DNA from: an uncultured Campylobacterales bacterium
Lineage (GTDB): Bacteria; Campylobacterota; Campylobacteria; Campylobacterales; QNZT01
Direction: 5' to 3'
DNA length: 64,000 bases
NCBI GenBank assembly: GCA_964443745.1
Contig: CAYUEN010000004.1
Span: 13,802-77,801, forward strand
This document shows positions 53,914-63,100 of the stretch, one piece after another (the first letter of the stretch is position 1; each line of letters begins with the position of its first letter). The position numbers were made by a program, and so were the translations under genes. The notes beneath the pieces are model-generated. The model ran no database searches. It was given only the letters and a program-made list of their open reading frames with translations, and was not told the DNA's origin.

Positions 53914-55110
53914 ATGGCGATGAAAAAGGTATTGATACTAGGAGGCGGCTTTGCCGGCGTGGAAGCGGCGATTTTCCTGAAAAAAGAGGGGGATTTCGAT
54001 GTGACGCTCGTGAGCGATCGAGACTACTTCTATATCTATCCCACCTCCATCTGGGTACCCACGGGAGAGGCGACGTTCGAATCGCAGTGTATCGCGCTGG
54101 AAGATCTGAAATACGTTCATGATTTCGAGGTAGTGATCGATACGGTCCAAGAGATCCACTCCAAAGAGCGACGTATCGTCTGCAAAGAACGCGAATTCAG
54201 GGATTTTGACTATCTGATTATTGCGATGGGCAGCGGAAAGGTCCGTCACAAAGGAAGCAAAAACTTCCTCTCCATCTGCGGCAAACCGGAAGAGTCGGTC
54301 AAAATCAAGGAGCGGCTGGATGCGCTGATCGAAAAGGGGAGCGGAAAGATCGCGATGGGATTCGGCGGCAACCCCAAAGATCCGAGCAACGTACGGGGAG
54401 GACCCGCTTTCGAAGTCCTCTTCAATGTCCACCACAAACTCGAAAAACTGGGCATACGGGAGAATTTCGAACTCACCTTTTTCGCGCCGATGAAAGAACC
54501 TGGTGCGAGGATGGGTCCCCAGGCGCTCAAGATGATGGATCTCTTCTTCAATCGTCTGGGCATCAAGCGCCAAACCGGCAAAAAGATCAAGGAGTTTACC
54601 GAAAAAGGGGTCGTGCTCGAAGACGATACGCTGATCGAAAGCGATCTGACGATGTTCATTCCCGCAGGAAACGGCCATCCGGTCTTTAGAAAATCGGACC
54701 TTCCGCTCAACCAGGCGGGATTGATTCGTATCAACGACTACTGCGAAGTACGCCACGACTACGACGAAACGGAGGATAAATATCCGATTTTCGCCATCGG
54801 AGACAGTGCCGAGCTCGAAGGGCCAGACTGGCGGGCCAAACAGGGGCATATCGCTGAAGTGATGGCGCGCAATACCGCTTTCAATATCGTGCAGATGGAA
54901 AAAGGGAGCAGCGAACGCAGGGGTTACAAGGAGCATATCAATATCCTTTGCGTGATGGATAGCGGTGACGGGGCGGCTTTCGTCTACCGAAACGACAAAG
55001 GTGGCAAGATGATTCCGATGCCGTTTGTCGGACACCTGCTCAAGAAGGGGTGGGGATGGTACTGCCGAAACTCCAAACTCGCCCGCATTCCCAGAATCCC
55101 CGGATTGTAG
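53914..55110 (+). CDS. FAD-dependent pyridine-nucleotide-disulfide oxidoreductase, sulfide:quinone reductase / NDH-2-like
   Basis: KKVLILGGGFAGVEAA, AIGDSAE, and the late Cys in INILCVMDSGDGAAFV. Start ATG 53914, or more likely ATG 53920 (9 nt after AGGAG). Confidence 0.65.
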   Translation: MAMKKVLILGGGFAGVEAAIFLKKEGDFDVTLVSDRDYFYIYPTSIWVPTGEATFESQCIALEDLKYVHDFEVVIDTVQEIHSKERRIVCKEREFRDFDYLIIAMGSGKVRHKGSKNFLSICGKPEESVKIKERLDALIEKGSGKIAMGFGGNPKDPSNVRGGPAFEVLFNVHHKLEKLGIRENFELTFFAPMKEPGARMGPQALKMMDLFFNRLGIKRQTGKKIKEFTEKGVVLEDDTLIESDLTMFIPAGNGHPVFRKSDLPLNQAGLIRINDYCEVRHDYDETEDKYPIFAIGDSAELEGPDWRAKQGHIAEVMARNTAFNIVQMEKGSSERRGYKEHINILCVMDSGDGAAFVYRNDKGGKMIPMPFVGHLLKKGWGWYCRNSKLARIPRIPGL

Positions 55111-55116
55111 TGGAAG

Positions 55117-55323
55117 ATGGCCAAACTCTTCGTCGGCATCGGTCTCTTTTTCGTCTTGATCGGGGTCGCGATTTGGGTGGGGCAGTATCTGCATATCCCT
55201 TTCGGCAGGTTACCGGGGGATATCGTGATCGAGAGGGAGAATTTCACCTTTTATTTTCCGATCACCACGATGATACTGCTCAGTATCGTACTCTCGCTGC
55301 TTTTTAACTTTTTCGGCCGATGA
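55117..55323 (+). CDS. DUF2905-family small membrane protein
   Basis: 68 aa with FGRLPGDIVIERENFTFYFPITTMILLSIVLSLL. Confidence 0.7.
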   Translation: MAKLFVGIGLFFVLIGVAIWVGQYLHIPFGRLPGDIVIERENFTFYFPITTMILLSIVLSLLFNFFGR

Positions 55324-55733
55324 AACGAAATATTCTTCCGCTTCTGCTGGCGGGGCTGCTGGCCGGCTGCGGCCCCAAACCCGTCACCCGTATTTACGAC
55401 GAGAGCCGTGTAGGCAAGATCGAATGTCTGAAGCTGCGCGTCGTTCCGCCGGATTCGAAGCTGGAGCGTTTCATGCAAAAACGCTACCCTTTTGAGACCT
55501 CATGCAAAACGGTACTCGAAATCACCACCAAATGCGGCATCGTCTGCAACAGCAACCAAAACGCTCCGCGCAAGAATCTCTCCGCCTTTCCGGACAGCTA
55601 CCTGCGGATGGAGGTGCGAGAATCCCTCCGTCTTCTCTACAGCTATTATGTCGATTTGCAGGGAGAAGTCGACGAAAAAGCGCTCGAAAGGGGATGGGAA
55701 AGGCTTAGGAGGGATTTGAAACTCACCCCATAA
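55320..55733 (+). CDS. Hypothetical lipoprotein
   Basis: ATGA overlap with the upstream gene. Lipobox LLAGC. Confidence 0.5.
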   Translation: MKRNILPLLLAGLLAGCGPKPVTRIYDESRVGKIECLKLRVVPPDSKLERFMQKRYPFETSCKTVLEITTKCGIVCNSNQNAPRKNLSAFPDSYLRMEVRESLRLLYSYYVDLQGEVDEKALERGWERLRRDLKLTP

Positions 55734-57114
55734 ACCCCAGATCCGTCCCGCTGAACGCACCGATGTTCGGAAAGATTTTCAGCAATTCCGGTTCACTTGC
55801 GCCGAACCACCGCAAAACGGTGGCCAGATACTGTTCCATCGAGGTGGTGGGGATCATCCTGTCTTCCCACGCATCGGGAGAGTCGGGTCTGAGTTCGGGC
55901 ATTTTGCCGTAGATATCGCCTCCTTTTACCGCCCCGCCCATTACGAAGGCATGACTTCCCCATCCATGATCGGTTCCGGCGCTATTGGATGTGAGCGAAC
56001 GTCCGAAATCGGAGAGGGTGAGTGTCGTGACCTGGTTTTGGAGTCCGAGCTTTTCGAGAGCGTCGGCGAATGCGCCCAGAGAGTCGCTCAGGTATCCAAC
56101 CTGATGGGCATTGTCGCTGTCATGCGTATCCCATCCGTGATGGTTTACGAAAAAGATCTGTCTTTTGGGAGTGCCCGGAAACCTTTCCCTGACCGAGAGG
56201 ATCTGCGCGACCAGTTCCAGCTGCCTGCCCAGTGCCCGGCCCGTCTCGTGCACCCCGCCGCCGAAGCCGTCGAAAGTGACGACGTTGTCGAAGAGGCCGG
56301 AGAGTTTTTCGGGTAGATCGAGTTTTTCGACATGTCGGGTCGCGAAAGCGGCCATCAGCTTGTTGGGGTCTTTACGTTTTTGTTCGTAGAGCTTTTGATA
56401 CACACCTCCCAAATCGCCGCCTCCCGCGTCGGGTCCGAATCCGTAGCTTTTCATCGTATCCGATGGGATCGAAGCGTCGTCGAAGTAGAGCGCGTCCGCC
56501 TTTCCCCCGTACTGGAGTGTATTGGCGTAACTGTCCGCCACCGAGATGTTGAAGTAGGGATTGGGTGTGTCGTAGAAGGTATCGGCGACTCGTGCCGCCC
56601 ATCCGGTGTGGGAGCTTCCCGTCGCATCGCCCATCAGCCACATCGCACGTTGGGTGTTGTGGGCGAAGAGTTCGAAAGGTATCGGCGCCCCCTCCTTGAT
56701 ATCCGAAAGGCTCACGGGACGAATCAGCGTACCGACGTTGGCGACGACCGCGAGCTTTTTTTGTCCGAAAAGCTCCTGCATCCGCCTCATGTTCTCACGC
56801 ATTCCGTATCGGAGCGGATTGAGTCCGTTCGTGTTGGCGTGGGTGAGCGGAAGCAGACTCTCCCTGGAGAGGGCGATGTTCGATCGTGTTCTGCGGTAGG
56901 CGTCGTAGGGGTCGGCTTCACTGGGTGCGATCATGTTGAAGACGTCCGCCCCTCCCTCCAGCAAAATGCAGACGATCGCTCTGTATTCGCCCGCGGTTTG
57001 TGCCGCTTCGAGGCGCGTGAACGAGCCGAGCAAGCCCATCAGGGGCGACACTCCCGCCGTGGCGGCGAGGGCATATCGGAGGAACTCTCTGCGTGTATAT
57101 GTTTTTTTTCTCAT
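55723..57114 (-). CDS. DUF1501-family Tat-exported protein, copy 2
   Basis: TRREFLRYALAATAG twin-arginine leader, LEGGADVFNMI, HGWDTHD, TDHGWGSH. SD AAGGAG right after the upstream stop. Confidence 0.8.
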   Translation of the reverse strand: MRKKTYTRREFLRYALAATAGVSPLMGLLGSFTRLEAAQTAGEYRAIVCILLEGGADVFNMIAPSEADPYDAYRRTRSNIALSRESLLPLTHANTNGLNPLRYGMRENMRRMQELFGQKKLAVVANVGTLIRPVSLSDIKEGAPIPFELFAHNTQRAMWLMGDATGSSHTGWAARVADTFYDTPNPYFNISVADSYANTLQYGGKADALYFDDASIPSDTMKSYGFGPDAGGGDLGGVYQKLYEQKRKDPNKLMAAFATRHVEKLDLPEKLSGLFDNVVTFDGFGGGVHETGRALGRQLELVAQILSVRERFPGTPKRQIFFVNHHGWDTHDSDNAHQVGYLSDSLGAFADALEKLGLQNQVTTLTLSDFGRSLTSNSAGTDHGWGSHAFVMGGAVKGGDIYGKMPELRPDSPDAWEDRMIPTTSMEQYLATVLRWFGASEPELLKIFPNIGAFSGTDLGFMG

Positions 57115-57125
57115 CTTGATCTCCT

Positions 57126-58880
57126 TTATCGCTGAAGGGCGTAATCGGGTGAGGTCATGACCAGACCGACGGCGTGGCGGGCCAATTTCTTTGCATCGAG
57201 GCGCTTATGGGAGCGCAGATAGTTTTTGATCTCTTTAAGGCTGGATTCGCTGAGATTTCCGGCGCACAACAGCGTGTTCAGATGCGAAAGCAGTCCGTCG
57301 AAATCACCCGATTCGATCAGCTTTTTCTCCTTCTTCAGGTCGAGTTCGGCTGAAATCTCAAACAGATCGTAGATCGAATCGACCTTGTTGATGAGCCCCA
57401 TCAAAACCTCGTCGATACCCTCTTTGCCGTAGAGGGTGAGTTCGGGAGCGACGAGATTTTGTTTTTTGAGGGTGTAGGGGGCGTCTTCCGGCGTGAAGTA
57501 GTTGAAGACCGTAAGTGCCTCCAGCGCTCCCTCCTGGCGGGTGTAGCCGGTGCCGTTGAAGTTGAAGGAGCGATATCGATACAGAGGCGTATCTCCTTCC
57601 TTGAGGGTATGGATGCCGTTTTTGGCGTCGAATGCGCGAAAGAGGTGGGTAAAATAAAGAAGCGGTTCGCGGAACTTGCCGAAGGTTGGTTCGGATCGTA
57701 CGCCTTTTGCGCCTTTAAGCGCCTCTTGATCCAGCAAAATCGCCTTGATTACCGCCTTCAGGTCGCCGCGGACCCCTTTGCCGTTGTCGGCGAAAGCTTC
57801 GGCGACCCTTTTGACGTAGGCGGGAGAGGGGTTGGAGGTGACCAGGCGCTGAATCAGCTGTCTGGCGATGAACGGGCCGGTATTGGGATGGGTGAAAAGC
57901 AGATGCAGGGCCTCTTGGATCTCTTTTTTGGTGGTGTTTCCGGCGTGAAAGGTGTGGTTGAGTACCACCTTCTCTCCCGTGTCGTGATAGGTTTCGACCG
58001 CTATCATAGGGGTGGTTCGAGAGCGGTGGGAAGTCCCCCCTTCGTCGGGAAAGAAGTAACCGTTGTCGTCCGTAAGCCCCGTAAAGATACGCGCCATTTC
58101 GCGAACGTCTTTTTGGGTGTAGGTGGCGATGGGATGGCCGTTTTTCAATTTTTTCGTACCGTCCTCGTTGAGTTGGTAGAGTCCGATCGTAAAGAGCTGC
58201 ATCACCTCTCTGGCGTAGTTTTCATCCGGATGGCTTCCCGTGGTCGGGTCTGCCTTGGCGTTTCCCAGATAGCTCAGATAGCGCCCCATGGCCGGATGGA
58301 AAGTGACCTCTTTCAGCAGCGTTTCGAAATTTCCGAAGGCGTTTTCAAGCAAGACATCGTAGTAGGAAAGCCGTGCGTCGGGGAAGGTGAGCAGCGGACC
58401 GTTTCGGGAGATGACGAGGATTTCGCTCAGGGCGAAGGCGACCCGCTGGCGCAGCTGATCCTCGCCGTGTACCGCAATCTCCATCCAAGCGTCGCGTTCC
58501 ATAACTCCGATCGCATCGGCATGAACGCGCCACTCTGCGGGATGGTCGCGAAGTTTTCCGGTGTTGTTGACTTCCTCGGCATGATCGGCCATCCACCGCA
58601 TATGATAGGTGGGAGGTTTTTCGAACTGCTCCTCTAGCCATTTTTCGTAGCCGACTTTCATGAGATGGTCGATCGCATCCGGTGTCGTGCCGAAAGTGGC
58701 CCGAGAAAGAAAGGCGGAAGCTTCGTTTGGGGTGAGGTTGGAGGGAAGATTGTTCGGAGGATTGCCCCCCGCTTTGGTTCCGTTGTCCTGAATGGAGGCC
58801 GGCTCCGTAGCGCCGCCGCATCCGGAAAACGACCAGACGATGCCCGCTGTCAGAAGTATGGCGAAGATTCGAGGCTTCAT
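57126..58880 (-). CDS. DUF1800-family lipoprotein, copy 2
   Basis: Start ATG 58880 (MKPRIFAILLTAGIVWSFSGC lipobox). SAFLSRATFGTT and ENYAREVMQLFTIG. The track ORF starts at 58919. Confidence 0.78.
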   Translation of the reverse strand: MKPRIFAILLTAGIVWSFSGCGGATEPASIQDNGTKAGGNPPNNLPSNLTPNEASAFLSRATFGTTPDAIDHLMKVGYEKWLEEQFEKPPTYHMRWMADHAEEVNNTGKLRDHPAEWRVHADAIGVMERDAWMEIAVHGEDQLRQRVAFALSEILVISRNGPLLTFPDARLSYYDVLLENAFGNFETLLKEVTFHPAMGRYLSYLGNAKADPTTGSHPDENYAREVMQLFTIGLYQLNEDGTKKLKNGHPIATYTQKDVREMARIFTGLTDDNGYFFPDEGGTSHRSRTTPMIAVETYHDTGEKVVLNHTFHAGNTTKKEIQEALHLLFTHPNTGPFIARQLIQRLVTSNPSPAYVKRVAEAFADNGKGVRGDLKAVIKAILLDQEALKGAKGVRSEPTFGKFREPLLYFTHLFRAFDAKNGIHTLKEGDTPLYRYRSFNFNGTGYTRQEGALEALTVFNYFTPEDAPYTLKKQNLVAPELTLYGKEGIDEVLMGLINKVDSIYDLFEISAELDLKKEKKLIESGDFDGLLSHLNTLLCAGNLSESSLKEIKNYLRSHKRLDAKKLARHAVGLVMTSPDYALQR

Positions 58881-58980
58881 GAAAATCCTTTTTTTCGCCA
58901 TTATAGTATAAAAATACAATTAATTTCAATAAATATATTAAAAATTTAATAATTTGATAAAAAATATGGAAAAAACCGCG

Positions 58981-59421
58981 TTAAAACGCTTCAATTCTCT
59001 CCAGAAAGGGGAGTTGGGATTCGACGATCACCTCTTTCGCTTTTTCGAGAGGAAACCATGCCGCTTTGTCGATCTCCGGGAAACGGAGGATTTTTCCCGA
59101 TTTGGGCGGCCACTCCATTTCGAACGTATTGGAGCGGACTTTGGTGGAGGGTTGGGCTTCGACGGCCCAGACGTGGATGGTTTTGTTCGCCGTCTTGACG
59201 CTGCCCAGGGATGCGAACTTCCCTTCGATGCGAATCCCCGTCTCTTCGTAAAATTCGCGTTTCGCCGCCTGAAGAGGCGTTTCGTCCGCTTTTATTTCGC
59301 CTTTGATGACACTCCATGATCTGCGTCTCTTTTTCCAGAAGGGTCCGCCCATATGTCCCAGATAGACTTCGACTTCTCCGTTTTTGCGTCTGAAAGGGAG
59401 GATTCCCGCACTCTTTTTCAT
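58981..59421 (-). CDS. NUDIX hydrolase
   Basis: Nudix box GEIKADETPLQAAKREFYEETG. Start ATG 59421 after GGGAGAA; the track ORF starts at 59454. Confidence 0.8.
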   Translation of the reverse strand: MKKSAGILPFRRKNGEVEVYLGHMGGPFWKKRRRSWSVIKGEIKADETPLQAAKREFYEETGIRIEGKFASLGSVKTANKTIHVWAVEAQPSTKVRSNTFEMEWPPKSGKILRFPEIDKAAWFPLEKAKEVIVESQLPFLERIEAF

Positions 59422-59500
59422 ATCGTTCTCCCGCATCTTCGTATGCTTTACCATATTCGATTCCCCCTTATGCTATCATGAGAGGAGGAAAGGAGAGGCC

Positions 59501-60154
59501 ATGGCGCGGTTGAGACAGGAAGATTCGAAGGTGGAGGTAAGAGGCTGGGAAGCCCGCCACTACGATATGTTGATGAACGTGATCACGCTGGGATGGTATC
59601 CGAGATTCATCCGAAGAGCGATCGGCGACCTGGGGCTCGAAGAGGGGGATCGTATCCTCGATCTGGGTGCGGGAACGGGGCGAAACGCGCTGTTGATGCG
59701 GGAGTATATCGGTGAGAGTGGCGAGATCGTGGGGCTGGAGATCGGTCCGGAGATGCAGGCGCAGTTTTTGCAAAAAAGCATCCCTTTCGACAATATCCGT
59801 CTAGAAAACCTCCGTATCGACGAACCCCTTCCCTACAAAGAGCGGTTCGATCTGGTCTTTATCTCCTTCGTGCTGCACGGTTTTGTCCCCCAAAAGCGGG
59901 AGCGTATCGTCCAAAACGCCTACGATGCGCTCAAACCCGGCGGAATCTTCGCGATTCTCGACTACAACACGTTCGAAGTGGACGAAGCGCCGTGGTATAT
60001 CCGTTTCGCGATTCGGAAAGTGGAGTGTCCTCTGGCCGAAAATTTCATCGAACAGGATCTTAAAGGTATGCTTGCCGAAAGGGGGTTTGGAGCCTTTACG
60101 CAGAAAACCTACTTCAAAAACCATATTCGGCTTCTCAGAGCGAAAAAATCTTGA
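59501..60154 (+). CDS. Class I SAM-dependent methyltransferase
   Basis: Start ATG 59501 (MARLRQ). Motif I ILDLGAGTGRNA and post-I/II LVFISFVLHG. Confidence 0.8.
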   Translation: MARLRQEDSKVEVRGWEARHYDMLMNVITLGWYPRFIRRAIGDLGLEEGDRILDLGAGTGRNALLMREYIGESGEIVGLEIGPEMQAQFLQKSIPFDNIRLENLRIDEPLPYKERFDLVFISFVLHGFVPQKRERIVQNAYDALKPGGIFAILDYNTFEVDEAPWYIRFAIRKVECPLAENFIEQDLKGMLAERGFGAFTQKTYFKNHIRLLRAKKS

Positions 60155-60168
60155 AAAAAGGGTGAGAG

Positions 60169-63100
60169 ATGATGGAAACGGTCGAAATCTCCCGGATTCT
60201 TTTCGATCTCTCGCTGATTTTTTTCCTCACCTTCGCTTTGGGGGCGTTGTTGGCCCGCGTGCGTATTCCGGTGATTCTCTCCGCTCTCTTCGTGGGGATG
60301 GGGTTGCGTTATCTGCCTCTTTTCGAACACATCTTACAAACTCCCCGCCTCGCGGAGATCTTCGATTTCCTCTCCAATCTCGGGGTTCTCTTTCTGCTGC
60401 TTTATATCGGATTGCAGATCGAGATGAAAAAGATGATGCAATCAAGCAGAGATATCGTCTGGCTGACGGTTTTGAACACACTTTTCCCTTTCGTACTGGG
60501 AATGGCGGTGATGTTCGCGTTCGGATACGGTCCTGTGATCGCTTTCGTGATCGGTATGACACGGATGCCCACGGCCGAGGCGGTGATCGTACCGATACTG
60601 GACGAATTCAAGATGATCAAAAGCCGTATCGGTACCTTCATTATCGGTGCCGGTGTTCTGGACGATGTGATCGAAGTCTTTTTGGTGGGATTCGTCTCCG
60701 TCTGGATCGGCGTGCGTGCGGGTGCGGGAGAGGGCGGAATGGTGGTGTTGTTCTTCGGTATCCTCTCTTTCGTTATCTTCTCCTATATCTTCTACGCCTA
60801 TTTTGCCAGGATCGTCCACCGCTTCATCCCCAAATCGACGAGCAATCTGCTGATTTTTTCCCTCATGATTCTCTTCGTTTTCGGAGGATTCAGCGAAAAG
60901 ACCGAAATCGGTATGGTCGTGGGGGCGATCACGGCGGGGGTGGTGTTGCGCCCGATTCTGGAAAAAGCCGGCAAAAACGGCGCCTTCGTTTCCAAGACGA
61001 TTTCGACCGTCAGTTACGGCTTTTTCGGAATCATCTTTTTCTTCTGGATCGGATTCAATATCGATCTGGGCGGCCTGCTCGAAGAGCCGATATTGGCGAT
61101 CGCCCTCTATCTGGCGGGTACGATAGGCAAACTTTTGGGTGTCTTTTTGATGGTGCCTATGAAACGGCTTTCTTTCAAAGAGGCGCTTACGATAGGGGTG
61201 GGACTGGATGCGAGGCTGACGACCGAGATCATCGTCGCGCAGTTGCTTTTCTTCTCACATATTATCGATTCGACGCTTTTTACCGCGCTGGTCGCCGCCT
61301 CCTCCTTTACGGCACTTACGGTACCGCTGATTTTCACACTGCTGGTGCGCCACTACGGAAAATCCCTCGAAGGCGGCGGTACAAAGCCCCTTTCGGCTCC
61401 GAAAAAGAGGCTCTATCCATGGCATGCAAAACCGTTGAAAGAGATTCTCTCGCGTCTGGATACCGATCCCCAAAAAGGCCTGGATGCATCTAAAGTGCGC
61501 GAAAGAGCCGCCTATTTCGGTCCCAACGAATTGCAAAAGATCAAAAAGACACCATGGTATCTAATTTTGTTGCGGCAGTTTACCGACGTCTTGATTCTGA
61601 TTCTTTTCGCGGCGGCGATCGTTTCGCTCGCATTGGGAGAGACGGCTGATGCGATCACGATCTTCGTCATCATCCTTCTCAACGCTCTGCTCGGTTTCGT
61701 CCAGGAGTACAAGGCCGATACCGAAATCTACAAACTCCAGCAGATGCTTTCGCCCGAGTGCAAAGTGATCCGAGACGGCAAAGAACGGATCGTCGACGCC
61801 AAATCGCTGGTGCCCGGAGATATCGTCGTGTTGGAGATCGGTGATCGTGTTCCGGCGGATCTAAGGCTGATCGAAGCGCAAAATCTCAAGGTGGACGAAT
61901 CGTCGCTGACGGGAGAGTCTTTGCCCGTTCACAAAGATCTCGAACCGGTCGCGCCGGATACCCCGCTGGCGCAAAGAAGCGATATGGTGTGGATGGGAAC
62001 GACCGTCGTCAACGGATTGGCGAGGGGTGTCGTCGTCCGTACGGGGATGGAGACGGAGTTCGGAGAGATCGCGAGACTCACCCAGACGGTGGAGCACAAA
62101 CCCACACCTTTGCAGAAAAAGCTGGCGCGACTCGGAAAAAGATTGGGGATCTATTCGGTTTCGATCGCCGTATCGGTCGCGCTGATCGGCTGGATGACGG
62201 GCAAGGGGTTGATGGAGATGTTCTTGACCGGCGTTTCGCTGGCGGTGGCGGTCGTGCCGGAGGGGTTGCCGGCGGTCGTGACGATCACGCTGGCGCTGGG
62301 AATCCGTGCGATGGTCAAGCAAAAGGCGCTGCTCAGACGTCTGCAGGCGGCCGAGACGCTGGGGAGTGCGACGGTGCTTTGTTCGGACAAAACCGGAACG
62401 ATCACCCAAAACGAGATGACGGTCAAAAAGATCTGGCTTCCCTCCGGTATGCTCGACGTGACCGGTATCGGATACGATCCCGCCGGCCACTTCGAAAAAG
62501 AGGGAAAACGGTTCGATTACGAAAACGCGCCCGATTTGCGTCTTCTTCTTAAGACGGGATTGGTGTGCAACCATGCGAAAGTGACAAAAGAAGGAGACGA
62601 ATGGAAAATCATCGGAGAGCCGACGGAAGCTTCGCTCATCGTCGCGGCCTACAAGGCGTGGATGAGTCCCGAACCCCGCCGTGTCGTTACCGAATTTTCC
62701 TTCAACTCCATTCGAAAACGGATGAGCGTCGTCGTTGAGGAAAACGCGCACCTGCGTGCCTATGTCAAAGGGGCGCCCGAAGTGATTCTGGAGCGATCGC
62801 GGTGGTTGCTCGATTCGGGAAAGGTGCGAGAAATCGACGATAAAAGCCGTGAACGAATTATGACGCAATACAAAAAGATGGCATCCGAAGGGCTTCGCAC
62901 GTTGGCACTCGCCTATCGCGATCTGCCGGCCGATACGCCTATGCGGGAGGAAGCGGTGGAAAAAGAGTTGGTCTTTTTGGGTATCGTCGGTATTATCGAT
63001 CCTCCCCATGAAGAGGCCGCCGAATCGATCGCGATGGCGAAAGAGGCGGGTGTCAAGGTGATCATGATCACTGGTGATAGTCCCGAGACGGCACTCGCGA

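Noticed and set aside
53938-58637. Antisense ORFs 53938-55194 (-) and 57459-58637 (+), and similar ones at 37421-38392 (+), 292-1188 (-) and 1558-2670 (-)
   Set aside because: They lie opposite well-supported genes (SQR-like, DUF1800, PilJ-module genes, gyrA) and have composition typical of shadow ORFs.
58881-58980. Extremely AT-rich intergenic stretch (AATAAATATATTAAAAATTTAATAATTTGATAAAAAATATGG), considered as a Fur box or mobile-element end
   Set aside because: It is only a loose resemblance to Fur hexamers. It shares a short AATAAATAT string with 50917-50935, but that is low-complexity AT sequence. Most simply it is a promoter/UP-element region for the DUF1800 copy 2 operon.
59883-61493. 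536-aa plus-strand ORF spanning the methyltransferase 3' end and the antiporter region
   Set aside because: It is off-frame relative to two well-supported genes. Its product is an Arg/Gly/Asp-rich string with no motifs. The real gene here is the unterminated frame starting at 60169.
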